DNA from: an uncultured Candidatus Actinomarina sp.
GTDB taxonomy: Bacteria; Actinomycetota; Acidimicrobiia; Actinomarinales; Actinomarinaceae
DNA: 64,000 bases
NCBI GenBank assembly: GCA_902634185.1
Contig: CACPJC010000001.1
Span: forward strand, 160,001-224,000
Direction of reading: 5' to 3'
The notes under the pieces are model-generated. The model saw nothing but the letters and a program-made list of their open reading frames with translations, was not told where the DNA came from and did not search any database. Position 1 is the stretch's first letter, and each line of letters begins with the position of its first letter. The position numbers were made by a program, and so were the translations under genes. Shown in pieces: positions 1 to 9,318 of this stretch.

Positions 1-15
1 AATAGTGGAAGTGAA

Positions 16-702
16 TTATGAATTTATCTCAATAGGGATCGAGGGGCCCATTGTCGAGGATATAAATACTGATTTAATATAATCACCTTTTGCAGAGGCT
101 GGCTTTGCTTTATTGACTTCAGCAATGACCTCATTTAAATTCTCGAGAAGACTTGATTCTTCAAATGAAACTTTTCCGACGCTTAAATGTATATTTCCTA
201 ACTTATCATTTTTAATCTCGACTTTTCCTTTTTTAAAATCCTCAACTGCCTTTGCGACATTTGGGGTAACTGTCCCAGTTTTTGGATTTGGCATTAATCC
301 CTGAGGTCCAAGGATTTTACCAAGTTGTCCTACCTCAGCCATCATTTCAGGAGTGGAAATCACAATATCAGCATCGAGTTTTTCTTCAGACGAAACTTTT
401 GTTGCTAAATCTTTACCTCCAACAATATCTGCACCAGCTTTTTCTGCTTCAGTTAAAGCCTCTCCTCCTGCAAAAACAGCAATCCTTACATCTTTACCAG
501 TTCCATTTGGTAGTGATACAGTTGTTCTAATATTCTGTTCTGGATCTTTTGTGTCTAAATTTAAAGAAAAGACAACATCAATGGACTCATCAAACTTTGC
601 ATTAGCAGTTTCTTTACAAATTTTTAAAGCATTGGAAATTTCCTGTTTTTCCTCAGGAATTTGGTTTTTTATAGCTTTATATCTTTTACCTTGTTTTTTC
701 AT
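16..702 (-). CDS. rplA: 50S ribosomal protein L1
   Basis: [23 protein letters not shown] and STMGP motifs; follows rplK. Confidence 0.98.
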   Translation of the reverse strand: MKKQGKRYKAIKNQIPEEKQEISNALKICKETANAKFDESIDVVFSLNLDTKDPEQNIRTTVSLPNGTGKDVRIAVFAGGEALTEAEKAGADIVGGKDLATKVSSEEKLDADIVISTPEMMAEVGQLGKILGPQGLMPNPKTGTVTPNVAKAVEDFKKGKVEIKNDKLGNIHLSVGKVSFEESSLLENLNEVIAEVNKAKPASAKGDYIKSVFISSTMGPSIPIEINS

Positions 703-710
703 TTTTCTCC

Positions 711-741
711 TTTTGGTACAGTCGACTTTTGTCTCCCAAAA
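711..741 (-). promoter_or_regulatory. Putative L1-binding autoregulatory mRNA hairpin
   Basis: Minus strand TTTTGG-GA-GAC-AAAA-GTC-GACTGTA-CCAAAA (stem, internal loop, stem) directly before the rplA RBS AGGAG, between rplK and rplA. Confidence 0.6.
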
Positions 742-743
742 TA

Positions 744-1169
744 TTAGTTTTCTACAGTGACTCCCATTGATCTGGCTGTTCCTGCAATAATTTTTACTGC
801 TGCTTCTAAATCGTTCGCATTTAAATCTTTCATTTTTGTTTCCGCGATTGTTTCAAGTTGTGATTTAGTAATTGATGCAACTTTTTCTTTATGTGGTTCA
901 GGAGACCCAGACTCTAAACCAATTGCTTTTTTTATTAAATAAGATGCAGGAGCTGTTTTTGTTTCAAATGAAAATGAATTATCTTCATATATAACAATTT
1001 CAACAGGAACTGTTTCACCTTGTCTGCTTGATGTATCATTATTAAAAGCTTGAACAAAGTCCATTATGTTTACACCATATTGTCCCAATGCTGAGCCTAC
1101 AGGTGGTGCAGGTGTTGCTCCGCCACCAGGAATCTGTAATTTTAATTTTGCTTTAACTTCTTTTGCCAT
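744..1169 (-). CDS. rplK: 50S ribosomal protein L11
   Basis: [12 protein letters not shown] and GTARSMG motifs. Confidence 0.98.
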   Translation of the reverse strand: MAKEVKAKLKLQIPGGGATPAPPVGSALGQYGVNIMDFVQAFNNDTSSRQGETVPVEIVIYEDNSFSFETKTAPASYLIKKAIGLESGSPEPHKEKVASITKSQLETIAETKMKDLNANDLEAAVKIIAGTARSMGVTVEN

Positions 1170-1175
1170 AATTTA

Positions 1176-1778
1176 TTAATTTTTAACTATATCTGTAAAG
1201 CCTAGCTCTACAGGAGTTTCTCTTCCAAATATATTAACTAATACTGTAACTTTTGATTGGTCTAAATTTATTTCCTCTATGATTCCATTGAAATCTGCAA
1301 ATGGCCCTGTAGTCACACGAACAGTTTCACCAACCTCAAAATCTGGTTTGAATTTTGGACTTTCCTTCTTAACTTCGATTTCTTCATTGGTTCCAAGAAT
1401 TCTTTCAACTTCTCTTTTTGAAAGTGGGATAGGAACTTTACCAGAACCTACAAAGCCAATTACAGAAGGAGTGTTTCTAATTTCGTACCATGTTGTGTCA
1501 TCTAAATCCATTCTGACAAGGACATACCCTGGAAAGGTTTTTTTCTCAATATTGACTTTTTTCCCGTTTCTAATTTCTACCACTTCATCAGTGGGAATGA
1601 TAACTTCGTAAACTTTTTCTTCGAGATGTAAATTCTTAATTCTTGTAAGTATGTTTGTTTGAACTTTTTTTTCGTGACCAGACTGAGCGTTTAATACAAA
1701 CCATTCTCCTGGAAGATCATAAGGATGTACTGAAACTTCTTGATCTTCTACTTCTTCTACTACTGTATCTTCGCTCAT
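1176..1778 (-). CDS. nusG: Transcription termination/antitermination factor NusG
   Basis: FPGYVLVRM, KOW motif GPFADFNG, IFGRETPVEL. Confidence 0.98.
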   Translation of the reverse strand: MSEDTVVEEVEDQEVSVHPYDLPGEWFVLNAQSGHEKKVQTNILTRIKNLHLEEKVYEVIIPTDEVVEIRNGKKVNIEKKTFPGYVLVRMDLDDTTWYEIRNTPSVIGFVGSGKVPIPLSKREVERILGTNEEIEVKKESPKFKPDFEVGETVRVTTGPFADFNGIIEEINLDQSKVTVLVNIFGRETPVELGFTDIVKN

Positions 1779-1781
1779 AAT

Positions 1782-2081
1782 TTATCCTCCAAGAGATAAC
1801 ATGCTAATTAGAGTATTTTTAAAACCAAAATCCATTCCAAAAATAAGTAAGGTCATTGTAATTATTGTGACAATAGTAACAATGGTAAATGTTGAAAGGA
1901 TTTGAGTTGAGGGCCAATTTACTCTCTTTAATTCAGTTCTCACTTCACCCATATAACTAGAGATTCTTTTAAATCGAGAAACTTTTTCATTGTTGTATTT
2001 TCCAATATTTCTATCAGCCTTTTTTGCCAAGCGTTCCTCACGCTCAGACATTCTTCTCATTTCTCTATTCATTTCATTCAT
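1782..2081 (-). CDS. secE: Preprotein translocase subunit SecE
   Basis: ELKRVNWPS plus a C-terminal TM helix; lies between tRNA-Trp and nusG. Confidence 0.95.
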   Translation of the reverse strand: MNEMNREMRRMSEREERLAKKADRNIGKYNNEKVSRFKRISSYMGEVRTELKRVNWPSTQILSTFTIVTIVTIITMTLLIFGMDFGFKNTLISMLSLGG

Positions 2082-2094
2082 AATTACCTCTTAG

Positions 2095-2168
2095 CAGGGG
2101 CGGTGAGATTCGAACTCACAACCTCCGGTTTTGGAGACCGGCGCTCTGCCAGTTAGAGCTACACCCCT
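2095..2168 (-). tRNA. tRNA-Trp(CCA)
   Basis: AGGGGTGTAGCTC...CCGGT-CTCCAAA-ACCGG...GTTCGAATC...CGCCCCTG; 3' CCA not encoded. Confidence 0.96.
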
Positions 2169-2547
2169 AATCTTTTTCAATATCATTAGTTTCGTTAGAA
2201 GAGCGCTTTATTCCAAAAACTAAAATTAGTAATGATATTAAACCAATCAAAGACAATAGTATTATTTTTGTACCCTTATTAGTAGTCGTTTTTATTTTTT
2301 TATCTAAAGAGTCAATTACTTTGGATGCAAAATCATTTGGCACTTCAACTTCTTTACTTATCTCAGATTCTAGTTCCTCCCTAAACGCTTTATATCTTTT
2401 TCCAGAAATCTGGCATTTAGGACAAAAAGAAATATGATTATCTGAATCGAACATGAAATATTTGCCACTCAAATAAGTTTTCATCATAAGACTTCTTTTT
2501 CTTCTACAAATTAAATTATCTCTTATATTTTCAAATAGATCTTTCAT
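2167..2547 (-). CDS. Putative zinc-binding anti-sigma factor (zf-HC2/ZAS-like) with C-terminal TM helix
   Basis: HxxxCxxC (HISFCPKC) with an upstream Cys, one hydrophobic helix, ATGA overlap with the ECF sigma gene. Confidence 0.75.
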   Translation of the reverse strand: MKDLFENIRDNLICRRKRSLMMKTYLSGKYFMFDSDNHISFCPKCQISGKRYKAFREELESEISKEVEVPNDFASKVIDSLDKKIKTTTNKGTKIILLSLIGLISLLILVFGIKRSSNETNDIEKD

Positions 2548-3131
2548 GCTTCAATTTCCTCAAGTATATTTCTTAATTTTTGGTGAGCTCTGTGCAGTCT
2601 TACTTTTGCAGCCGTGACACTGATATCCAAATAATCTGCAATCTCTTTATGTGATCGGCCTTCGATATTTTTTAATTCAACAATAATTCTTTGTTCCAAA
2701 GGGATTTGATTTAATGCCTTCCTCAAAACTAACGATAAGTCAGAGTTAATAGCAACAAGTTCAGGATCTTTTTTCTCGTCAACGACGACTGGTTCTTGAG
2801 TGTCTTCAATATTAAGTGAGTAGTGTTTCTTTGCTTTTTTTCTTAAAGTCCAAGCTGTATTTACTGTAATCCTGTAAATCCATGTTCCAAAAGTTGAGTC
2901 ACCTCTAAATTTTCCTATTGCTTTCCATGCTCTAATAAATGCTTCTTGGGCCACATCATTAGCAAGTTCTCGATTTCCAGTTAATTTAAAGGAAAGTGAA
3001 AAAACTAATTCTTGATGACGCTTTACAAGTTCTTCAAAAGCACTTTTGTCTCCAAGTTGTGATTTTTTCACAAGTTCGGAATTTGAGACGTCTTCACCAA
3101 AGTGATTTAGTTTTGCGATATTTTCCATCAA
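2544..3131 (-). CDS. ECF-family RNA polymerase sigma-70 factor
   Basis: Region 2 DVAQEAFIRAW...FGTWIYRI; region 4 SHKEIA...KVRLHRA. Confidence 0.95.
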   Translation of the reverse strand: MMENIAKLNHFGEDVSNSELVKKSQLGDKSAFEELVKRHQELVFSLSFKLTGNRELANDVAQEAFIRAWKAIGKFRGDSTFGTWIYRITVNTAWTLRKKAKKHYSLNIEDTQEPVVVDEKKDPELVAINSDLSLVLRKALNQIPLEQRIIVELKNIEGRSHKEIADYLDISVTAAKVRLHRAHQKLRNILEEIEA

Positions 3132-3161
3132 TATTAAGAATAAAGTAAATTTCTAGTTTTT

Positions 3162-3323
3162 CTATCTTTTTTCTCTATGCAAAGTGTGTTTTCTCAATCT
3201 TGGACTATATTTCATTAACTCCAGTCTATCTGGCGTATTTGTTTTATTTTTAGTAGTCACGTAATTGTGATCTCCAGTTTCAGTACAGACCAATGTAATT
3301 GGTGGTCTCTTATCTGAAGCCAT
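3162..3323 (-). CDS. rpmG: 50S ribosomal protein L33 (53 aa, zinc-ribbon-less form; missing from the ORF track)
   Basis: Manual translation [53 protein letters not shown]; upstream RBS AAGGAG. Confidence 0.96.
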   Translation of the reverse strand: MASDKRPPITLVCTETGDHNYVTTKNKTNTPDRLELMKYSPRLRKHTLHREKR

Positions 3324-3345
3324 TATTTTCTCCTTTATTTTGTTG

Positions 3346-3419
3346 TAGCGGCGGGCAGACTTGAACTGCCGACCTCACGATTATGAGTCGTGCGCTCTTA
3401 CCAACTGAGCTACGCCGCC
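3346..3419 (-). tRNA. tRNA-Met(CAT), probably elongator
   Basis: GGCGGCGTAGCTCAG...CACGA-CTCATAA-TCGTG...GTTCAAGTC...CGCCGCTA. Confidence 0.93.
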
Positions 3420-3446
3420 AAATCTAAAATTAATTATAGACTTGTG

Positions 3447-3519
3447 AGCCCTCTTCCGGGATTGAACCGGAGACCTCTTCCTTACCATGGAAGTGCTCTA
3501 CCAACTGAGCTAAGAGGGC
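3447..3519 (-). tRNA. tRNA-Thr(GGT)
   Basis: GCCCTCTTAGCTCAG...CTTCC-ATGGTAA-GGAAG...GGTTCAATCC...AGAGGGCT. Confidence 0.95.
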
Positions 3520-3522
3520 GTG

Positions 3523-3604
3523 TGCCGGGAGAAGGATTCGAACCTACGTAGGCATAGCCGGCAGATTTACAGTCTGCTCCCTTTGGCCGCTCGGGCATCC
3601 CGGC
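3523..3604 (-). tRNA. tRNA-Tyr(GTA)
   Basis: GCCGGGATGCCCGAGCGGCC...GCAGA-CTGTAAA-TCTGC, long variable arm, GGTTCGAATCC. Confidence 0.95.
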
Positions 3605-3681
3605 AAAAATTAGTCATTTTTAAAGTTTAGATTAAATATGAATTTTCGTAAGAGGTAATTTAATTTGATTAGGATTAGTTT

Positions 3682-4626
3682 GTGGATAAAAAAATTCAAA
3701 AAAAACTAAAAACATGGCTTGATAATGATTTAATAACTGAAGATGTTTTTTCTTCGATTGAAAGTTTTGAAAGTAGTGAGCCACAAAAAACAGAAAAAGG
3801 AACCCTTTCAAAAACAATAATTCTAATTGGAGGACTTTTAGTTTTTAGTGGAATAACTCCACTTATCGGGCAAATTCCAGATTGGGCTCAATTAATATTG
3901 TTAATTTTATTTACGTTTGTACTTTTTTATTCAGCTTTTTATATTGAAAAAAAATATCAAGGAAACACATTTTTATTTGATTCGAATGAAACTTTAAGAA
4001 ACTTTTTATTTTTATTAGCTACAGGAGCTTCTGGTTTTACATTCTTATTTATTTTTGAATTTTTCAACACTGCAGAAGAAATTACAAATACAATAACATC
4101 TTTTTTAATTTTTATTTTGTCTATATATTTATTCAATAAGACAAGATATTTATATCAACAATTTACACTCTTTGTTAGTTCACAAGTACTTTTATTCAAC
4201 CTTTTGGAATTTTTATCCTCTGATACTTTTAATGATTTACTTTATGGTGCTTCTCAGTTATTAATTGGTTCATATTTTTTAAGGTATACATTTAAAGAAT
4301 TTGAACCAAAATGGCTAGGATATTTTCTTTCAAGTATCTCATTAGTGACTGGTATGGGAATTATTGATTCATACCTTGGCAGTGATGAATTAATCGGAAA
4401 AATTCTTAATATTTTACTCTCAACTGTTTTGATATGGTTAAGTGTTCGATTAACGAGTCAAACTATTCTTTTTGTAGGATCAATTGGTTTATTAATTAAT
4501 CTTTCGTTTTTAATTTATGAAATATTTCCAGAACTTGGTGCTCTACTCTATCTTGTGATTGGAACACTTTTTATTTTTGCTGGTCTTTATCTCAATAGGC
4601 TTCGAGAAGATATAAAAAAAATTTAA
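3682..4626 (+). CDS. Multi-pass membrane protein, DUF2157-like
   Basis: N-terminal LKTWLDNDLIT followed by many TM helices. Confidence 0.6.
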   Translation: MDKKIQKKLKTWLDNDLITEDVFSSIESFESSEPQKTEKGTLSKTIILIGGLLVFSGITPLIGQIPDWAQLILLILFTFVLFYSAFYIEKKYQGNTFLFDSNETLRNFLFLLATGASGFTFLFIFEFFNTAEEITNTITSFLIFILSIYLFNKTRYLYQQFTLFVSSQVLLFNLLEFLSSDTFNDLLYGASQLLIGSYFLRYTFKEFEPKWLGYFLSSISLVTGMGIIDSYLGSDELIGKILNILLSTVLIWLSVRLTSQTILFVGSIGLLINLSFLIYEIFPELGALLYLVIGTLFIFAGLYLNRLREDIKKI

Positions 4627-5582
4627 AGAGTGAAGGGTTTTTCTGGCCTTACTCCAATTTCACTAATTACATGGGCAGCGCTTTTATTTGCAATTAATGC
4701 GGTCTCTTGCATGGATAATTTTTCTTCTATTCCAAATAAATATCCTGCAGCAAAATAATCCCCTGCACCTGTTTTATCAACAACCTTTGCTTCTGTAGCT
4801 TCAAAAAAATACTGTTTATTTTCTTTCATAACTATGACCCCATTAGCTCCTAATGTGCATATAAGTTGATCAAGTTTAGGAAAATTTTTACTTATAAAAT
4901 CTAAAGACTTTTCTGTTGAGTCCTGTTCTGTAAGAGCTTTTATTTCATCTTCGTTACAAAATACATAGTCTATATTTTCTTTTATTAGATCAATAAAACT
5001 GTCCCTATGTGCCTCAACACAAAAAACATCGGACAAGGATAAAGCATTTTTTCCACCAGATTGTTTATTTATCGATGATGCATACATAAATGCTTCCTTG
5101 CTTGGTAACCTGTCCCACAAATAACCTTCCATATATAAAATGTTGCAATTTTTTATAGACTCCTCATTAAGATCTCCCATTGATAATTGGGCACCAGCTC
5201 CTAAATATGTATTCATTGTTCGTTCACCATCTGGTGTTATAAAAATTGCACACAATCCAGTTTGTTCATTCTCTTCTCCAAGAACTGTAAAGTCACTGAG
5301 TCCATGCTCAGATAAGCTTGACCTGAACTGTTTTCCAAGTTCATCATCTGAGATTTTACCAATAAATCCTGCGGAGCCTCCTAAGGCCGCTATCCAATAA
5401 GCAGTATTTGCTGCAGAGCCTCCTGCAGCATAAGTTGGATTTGGCATATTGCTAAGTAAATAGTTTGATCTCTCTTTATCCACAAGAGTCATTCTTGCTT
5501 TGTTAAGGTTTAGTTTATCAATAACATCTTCATCGATTTGTTGAAGTGAATCAACAAGTGCATTTCCAATACAAATAATCAC
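4623..5582 (-). CDS. PfkB-family carbohydrate/adenosine kinase
   Basis: GNALVD, GGSAANT, PDGERTMNTYLGA, VVDKTGAGDYFAAG. Confidence 0.9.
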   Translation of the reverse strand: MIICIGNALVDSLQQIDEDVIDKLNLNKARMTLVDKERSNYLLSNMPNPTYAAGGSAANTAYWIAALGGSAGFIGKISDDELGKQFRSSLSEHGLSDFTVLGEENEQTGLCAIFITPDGERTMNTYLGAGAQLSMGDLNEESIKNCNILYMEGYLWDRLPSKEAFMYASSINKQSGGKNALSLSDVFCVEAHRDSFIDLIKENIDYVFCNEDEIKALTEQDSTEKSLDFISKNFPKLDQLICTLGANGVIVMKENKQYFFEATEAKVVDKTGAGDYFAAGYLFGIEEKLSMQETALIANKSAAHVISEIGVRPEKPFTL

Positions 5583-5591
5583 AAATTGATT

Positions 5592-5951
5592 TTAAATGAT
5601 AATACCTGGATTTCCATCAGAACTGATAATTTTATTTGATTCATTTGAAAGCTTTTTCATTCCACCAATAAGATTATATGATTGGTAACCAATCGAATTT
5701 AAAAACTCTGAAACCTTGCCTGATCTATGACCTGATCTACATACAATAATATAAGAAGATTCCTGATCAAATAATTCTAAGCTTTCTGGTACTTCACTCA
5801 TCTTTACATGTTTTGCTTCTTCATGATGTCCATACGTCCATTCATCATCTTCCCTAACATCTATCAAGCTCCAGCCTGATGATAATTTAGCATCTAGTTC
5901 ATTTGGAAAAACACCTGTTGAGTCTCCGGTATTATCTATATCTAATTCCAC
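5592..5951 (-). CDS. Single-domain rhodanese-like protein
   Basis: LIDVREDDEW..GH, active-site loop CRSGHRS, NLIGGM. Confidence 0.9.
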   Translation of the reverse strand: MELDIDNTGDSTGVFPNELDAKLSSGWSLIDVREDDEWTYGHHEEAKHVKMSEVPESLELFDQESSYIIVCRSGHRSGKVSEFLNSIGYQSYNLIGGMKKLSNESNKIISSDGNPGIII

Positions 5952-6771
5952 TAGCTTCCTCTCTAAGCCTTCTTACTCTTTCTTTAGTAGGTGGGTGAGT
6001 AGAAAATAATTTTCTCAATCCGGAACCAGTAAATGATTTTAGAGGATCAGATATAAACAACTGACTAACCGCAGGATTAACATTCAATGGGTTTTTTGAA
6101 TACATCTCAATCTTTTCAAGAGCTGAGGCTAATGCTAGTGGATTGCCAGATATGGAAGAACCTGTTTTATCTGCGCCATATTCTCTTGTTCTTGATATTG
6201 CCAATCTAATTATTAAAGATGCAATAGGCGCTGCGATAAATGCTATCAAGATAATAAATGGATGTGTTCCTCTATCCCTTTGTCCCCCACCCCAAAAAGC
6301 TATTCTTGACATAAATGAAATTGCAGCTGCAAGCATCGCTGCGATACTTGATACCAAGATATCTCTATTTTTGATATGTGATAATTCATGAGCTAGAACA
6401 CCCTCAAGCTCGTCTCTGTTTAGAACTTTCATAATCCCTGTTGTAACAGCAACAGCAGAATTTTTTGGGTTTCTTCCTGTTGCGAACGCATTTGGTTGGT
6501 CACTTTCAATTACATAAAGTTCAGGCATTGGCATTTTTTCTTTTTGTGCAAGAAAAGTAATTATTTCTCTAACCTCATCATATTCTCCATCTTCAAGTTT
6601 TCTTGCTCTGGTTGAAGCAAGTGCTATTCGAGATGAATAAAAATACATTATGAAATTAAAGATAAAAGCAAAGAATAAGGAAAAAATAAGATCAAAACCC
6701 AATGCTTGAGCAGTAAATATTACTAAAACTGTCATAAGCGTCAGTAAAGTAGTAGTTTTTAAAACATTCAT
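5932..6771 (-). CDS. htpX: Membrane zinc metalloprotease HtpX (M48)
   Basis: PNAFATGRNP, HELSH, SRTREYGAD, LFSTHPP. Confidence 0.95.
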   Translation of the reverse strand: MNVLKTTTLLTLMTVLVIFTAQALGFDLIFSLFFAFIFNFIMYFYSSRIALASTRARKLEDGEYDEVREIITFLAQKEKMPMPELYVIESDQPNAFATGRNPKNSAVAVTTGIMKVLNRDELEGVLAHELSHIKNRDILVSSIAAMLAAAISFMSRIAFWGGGQRDRGTHPFIILIAFIAAPIASLIIRLAISRTREYGADKTGSSISGNPLALASALEKIEMYSKNPLNVNPAVSQLFISDPLKSFTGSGLRKLFSTHPPTKERVRRLREEASGIRYR

Positions 6772-6795
6772 ATTTTTAATTATAATTTATCTGGC

Positions 6796-7830
6796 TTATA
6801 GTTTTTTGGCCTCAATACAATAAAAACCTCCTAAACCACGATCATTATGTATTGCTTCTAGCCCAACAATATCTGATTTTAATTTAAGTTGGTCTACGCC
6901 ATAAGTTTCAACAAATTGGTTTTTTAAACTTGAATAATTTTCCTGATAACCATATTTATCAAGAAATTCATATTGTTTCATAATCTTGTATTCAAAATTA
7001 TTTTCTTCAAAATATTGTTTTAAAAAGGAAAAATTTACATCGTACGTGATATCGGTCTCCGTAGGCATTTCTATTGGATCACTTGAAAGATGGTGTTCTT
7101 TATAAGTTCTAATTAATGATTTATATGGTTTTAGATTTCTCTCTTCGTATTCGAATCCATAATCAAAAATTAGTAGATGATTTGGGTCAACTTTTTTGAT
7201 GAGTTCGTCTAAAAATTGTTCTGTATTGTATTGAATTTCAAGCTCATTATCTTGGTTATCTAAAAAATTATATTTTTTAATCCATTTAAGATTTGATTCA
7301 CGCATTTCTACTTTTCCATATCTAAGTTCATTATCTTTTGTTAATTCAATTGTTTTTTCATACCAAGTATTGTCTACTTCTATACCGACAGAACAAGGTA
7401 TATTATCTAACACTTCATTCATATAAATAGTTTTTATCTGAGATGCACCATAGTTGTCTAAATTGCTATCAACCAAAAAATTTTTACTTTTAAGTGCTTT
7501 TAGGGCATTTAACGAAATTTCGGAAACATAGATTTCTTTTTCAAGATACTTTGACACCTGATTCGCAAGTGAACCTGTTCCTGCTCCAACTTCAAGTATA
7601 TTTGAATCACTATTGATTCTATTTTCTTTAATCCAGTTTGAAATAAATAATCCAAAGTAATTAGATACTTCTGGTGAGGTTAAAAAATCACCAGATTTAC
7701 TGGAGCGGACTTCGCCCTTTGCAAAAAATCCATAATCAGAATAAAGACATTCCTGCATGAATTCATCAAAGTATAAATAGTTTTTACTGTATTTATTTTT
7801 GAGGTAATCAATAAATATTTTTTCTACCAC
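6796..7830 (-). CDS. SAM-dependent methyltransferase, MidA/NDUFAF7 family
   Basis: GDFLTSPEVS, ILEVGAGTGSLA, NEVLDNIP, DYG, DITYDVNF; starts 4 bp after the nuoN stop. Confidence 0.9.
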   Translation of the reverse strand: MVEKIFIDYLKNKYSKNYLYFDEFMQECLYSDYGFFAKGEVRSSKSGDFLTSPEVSNYFGLFISNWIKENRINSDSNILEVGAGTGSLANQVSKYLEKEIYVSEISLNALKALKSKNFLVDSNLDNYGASQIKTIYMNEVLDNIPCSVGIEVDNTWYEKTIELTKDNELRYGKVEMRESNLKWIKKYNFLDNQDNELEIQYNTEQFLDELIKKVDPNHLLIFDYGFEYEERNLKPYKSLIRTYKEHHLSSDPIEMPTETDITYDVNFSFLKQYFEENNFEYKIMKQYEFLDKYGYQENYSSLKNQFVETYGVDQLKLKSDIVGLEAIHNDRGLGGFYCIEAKKL

Positions 7831-7834
7831 TTAA

Positions 7835-9316
7835 TTAGCTATTAAAAAATATTGATGAAGCTTCACCTAGATTGCTGAATATGCCTGGAAAAATTCCAGA
7901 GACAATTGTCAAAATTAAACTTACAAAACCAACAACTTTGAGTGGGCTTGGGATGATTGAATTTTCGGTCTTTTGAACATCTTCTTTTGGACTATCCATC
8001 CATATAATTTTTGAAATTCTTGAATAATACACCAAGCCTATTACAGCATTAATAGCACCAACTATAGCTAGAGATAATCCAAAAATTTCACCTGTGCTTA
8101 GTAAGCTTCTGAAAACTACAAATTTTGCAAACCATCCTCCAAGAGGCGGAATTCCTGCAAGAGAGAAGAAAAATATTACTGCAAAGATTCCTGCTAATGG
8201 TGTTTCTTTTGCAAGACCTCCCCAGTCATACATATTTTCTGAGTCAATATTTCTTTGTAACAAATTAATCACTAAAAATGCACCTATATTCATAAATGCA
8301 TAAATAATTAGATACGTAACACTTGCATAAACACCATCTTCAAAATTATTTGTTATGTTTGCAACAGCTATCGGCGCAAGAATAAACCCTGCCTGTGCAA
8401 TCGATGAATATGCTAGAAGTCTTACTGGATTTGTTTGTTGTAAAGCTGATAAATTACCAACAAACATTGTTATACCAGAAATGAATACAAGTACTATCCC
8501 TAATCCATCTCCAGATTCAAAAAATATTTTTGACATCAAAATAATTAATGCAATAAAGCCAGTCGCTTTGGAGCTAACAGATAGATAAGCCGTTACTGGT
8601 AAAGGTGCTCCTTCATAAGTATCAGGTGCCCAAGAGTGAAATGGAACTATTGATATCTTGAAGCCTATACCCGCCAAAATAAGTATTGCGCTTAGTAAAG
8701 CAACAGGTGATTGGGCAAGATCTTGCTGAATTAAAATATTAGCTATATCTGAAAAAACTAGCTTTCCAGTTACTCCATAAAGTAGTGAAAAGCCATAAAG
8801 AATTAAAGATGCTGATAGTACTCCCAGTAAAAAGAATTTAATTGAACCTTCATTTGATTTTTGATCGCCTTTTTTCCAGCCAGATAAAAGAAACATTGGC
8901 GTTGAAGCTAATTCAATTCCAATAAACATTGTTAGTAAATCTCTTGAAGAGGTTACTACTAATGCTCCAAGCAGAGAACTTAACAGAAGAAAATAATATT
9001 CTCCCTGGTAATATTCATCACTTTCCACAAAATTTACGGACAATAAAAATGTCAGATAAGTAACCAAGATAAATAGACCTTTTAGAATCAAGGAAAATTT
9101 ATCAATTACATAACTTCCCTCAAACATAATCTCTGGAGTTGTATAGTTGGCAAATTGAAAAATAATTGGAAGGAATGCAAATAGCGATCCAAGAATTGAT
9201 ACCATTGCAATGATGAATTTAAATTTTCTTGGTAAAAGTATATCTAATGTTATAGCAGCCACAATCGTTAGGATTACTATTAATTCACTTGATATAGCGA
9301 AATAATTAATATTAAT
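7835..9316 (-). CDS. nuoN: NADH-quinone oxidoreductase subunit N (operon 1); probable ATT start at 9316, ORF track gives GTG at 9262
   Basis: GFKISIVPFHSWAPDTYEGAP, RLLAYSSIAQAG, SLAGIPPLGG. Confidence 0.95.
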   Translation of the reverse strand: MNINYFAISSELIVILTIVAAITLDILLPRKFKFIIAMVSILGSLFAFLPIIFQFANYTTPEIMFEGSYVIDKFSLILKGLFILVTYLTFLLSVNFVESDEYYQGEYYFLLLSSLLGALVVTSSRDLLTMFIGIELASTPMFLLSGWKKGDQKSNEGSIKFFLLGVLSASLILYGFSLLYGVTGKLVFSDIANILIQQDLAQSPVALLSAILILAGIGFKISIVPFHSWAPDTYEGAPLPVTAYLSVSSKATGFIALIILMSKIFFESGDGLGIVLVFISGITMFVGNLSALQQTNPVRLLAYSSIAQAGFILAPIAVANITNNFEDGVYASVTYLIIYAFMNIGAFLVINLLQRNIDSENMYDWGGLAKETPLAGIFAVIFFFSLAGIPPLGGWFAKFVVFRSLLSTGEIFGLSLAIVGAINAVIGLVYYSRISKIIWMDSPKEDVQKTENSIIPSPLKVVGFVSLILTIVSGIFPGIFSNLGEASSIFFNS

Positions 9317-9318
9317 TT

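Noticed and set aside
113-1611. Several plus-strand ORFs over rplA, rplK and nusG (and similar ones over the nuo and ABC genes)
   Set aside because: Antisense to well-conserved genes; expected from codon bias
3531-3547. U-U mismatch in the tRNA-Tyr T-stem, suggesting a pseudo-tRNA
   Set aside because: A single mismatch; all other arms and the conserved cluster position are intact
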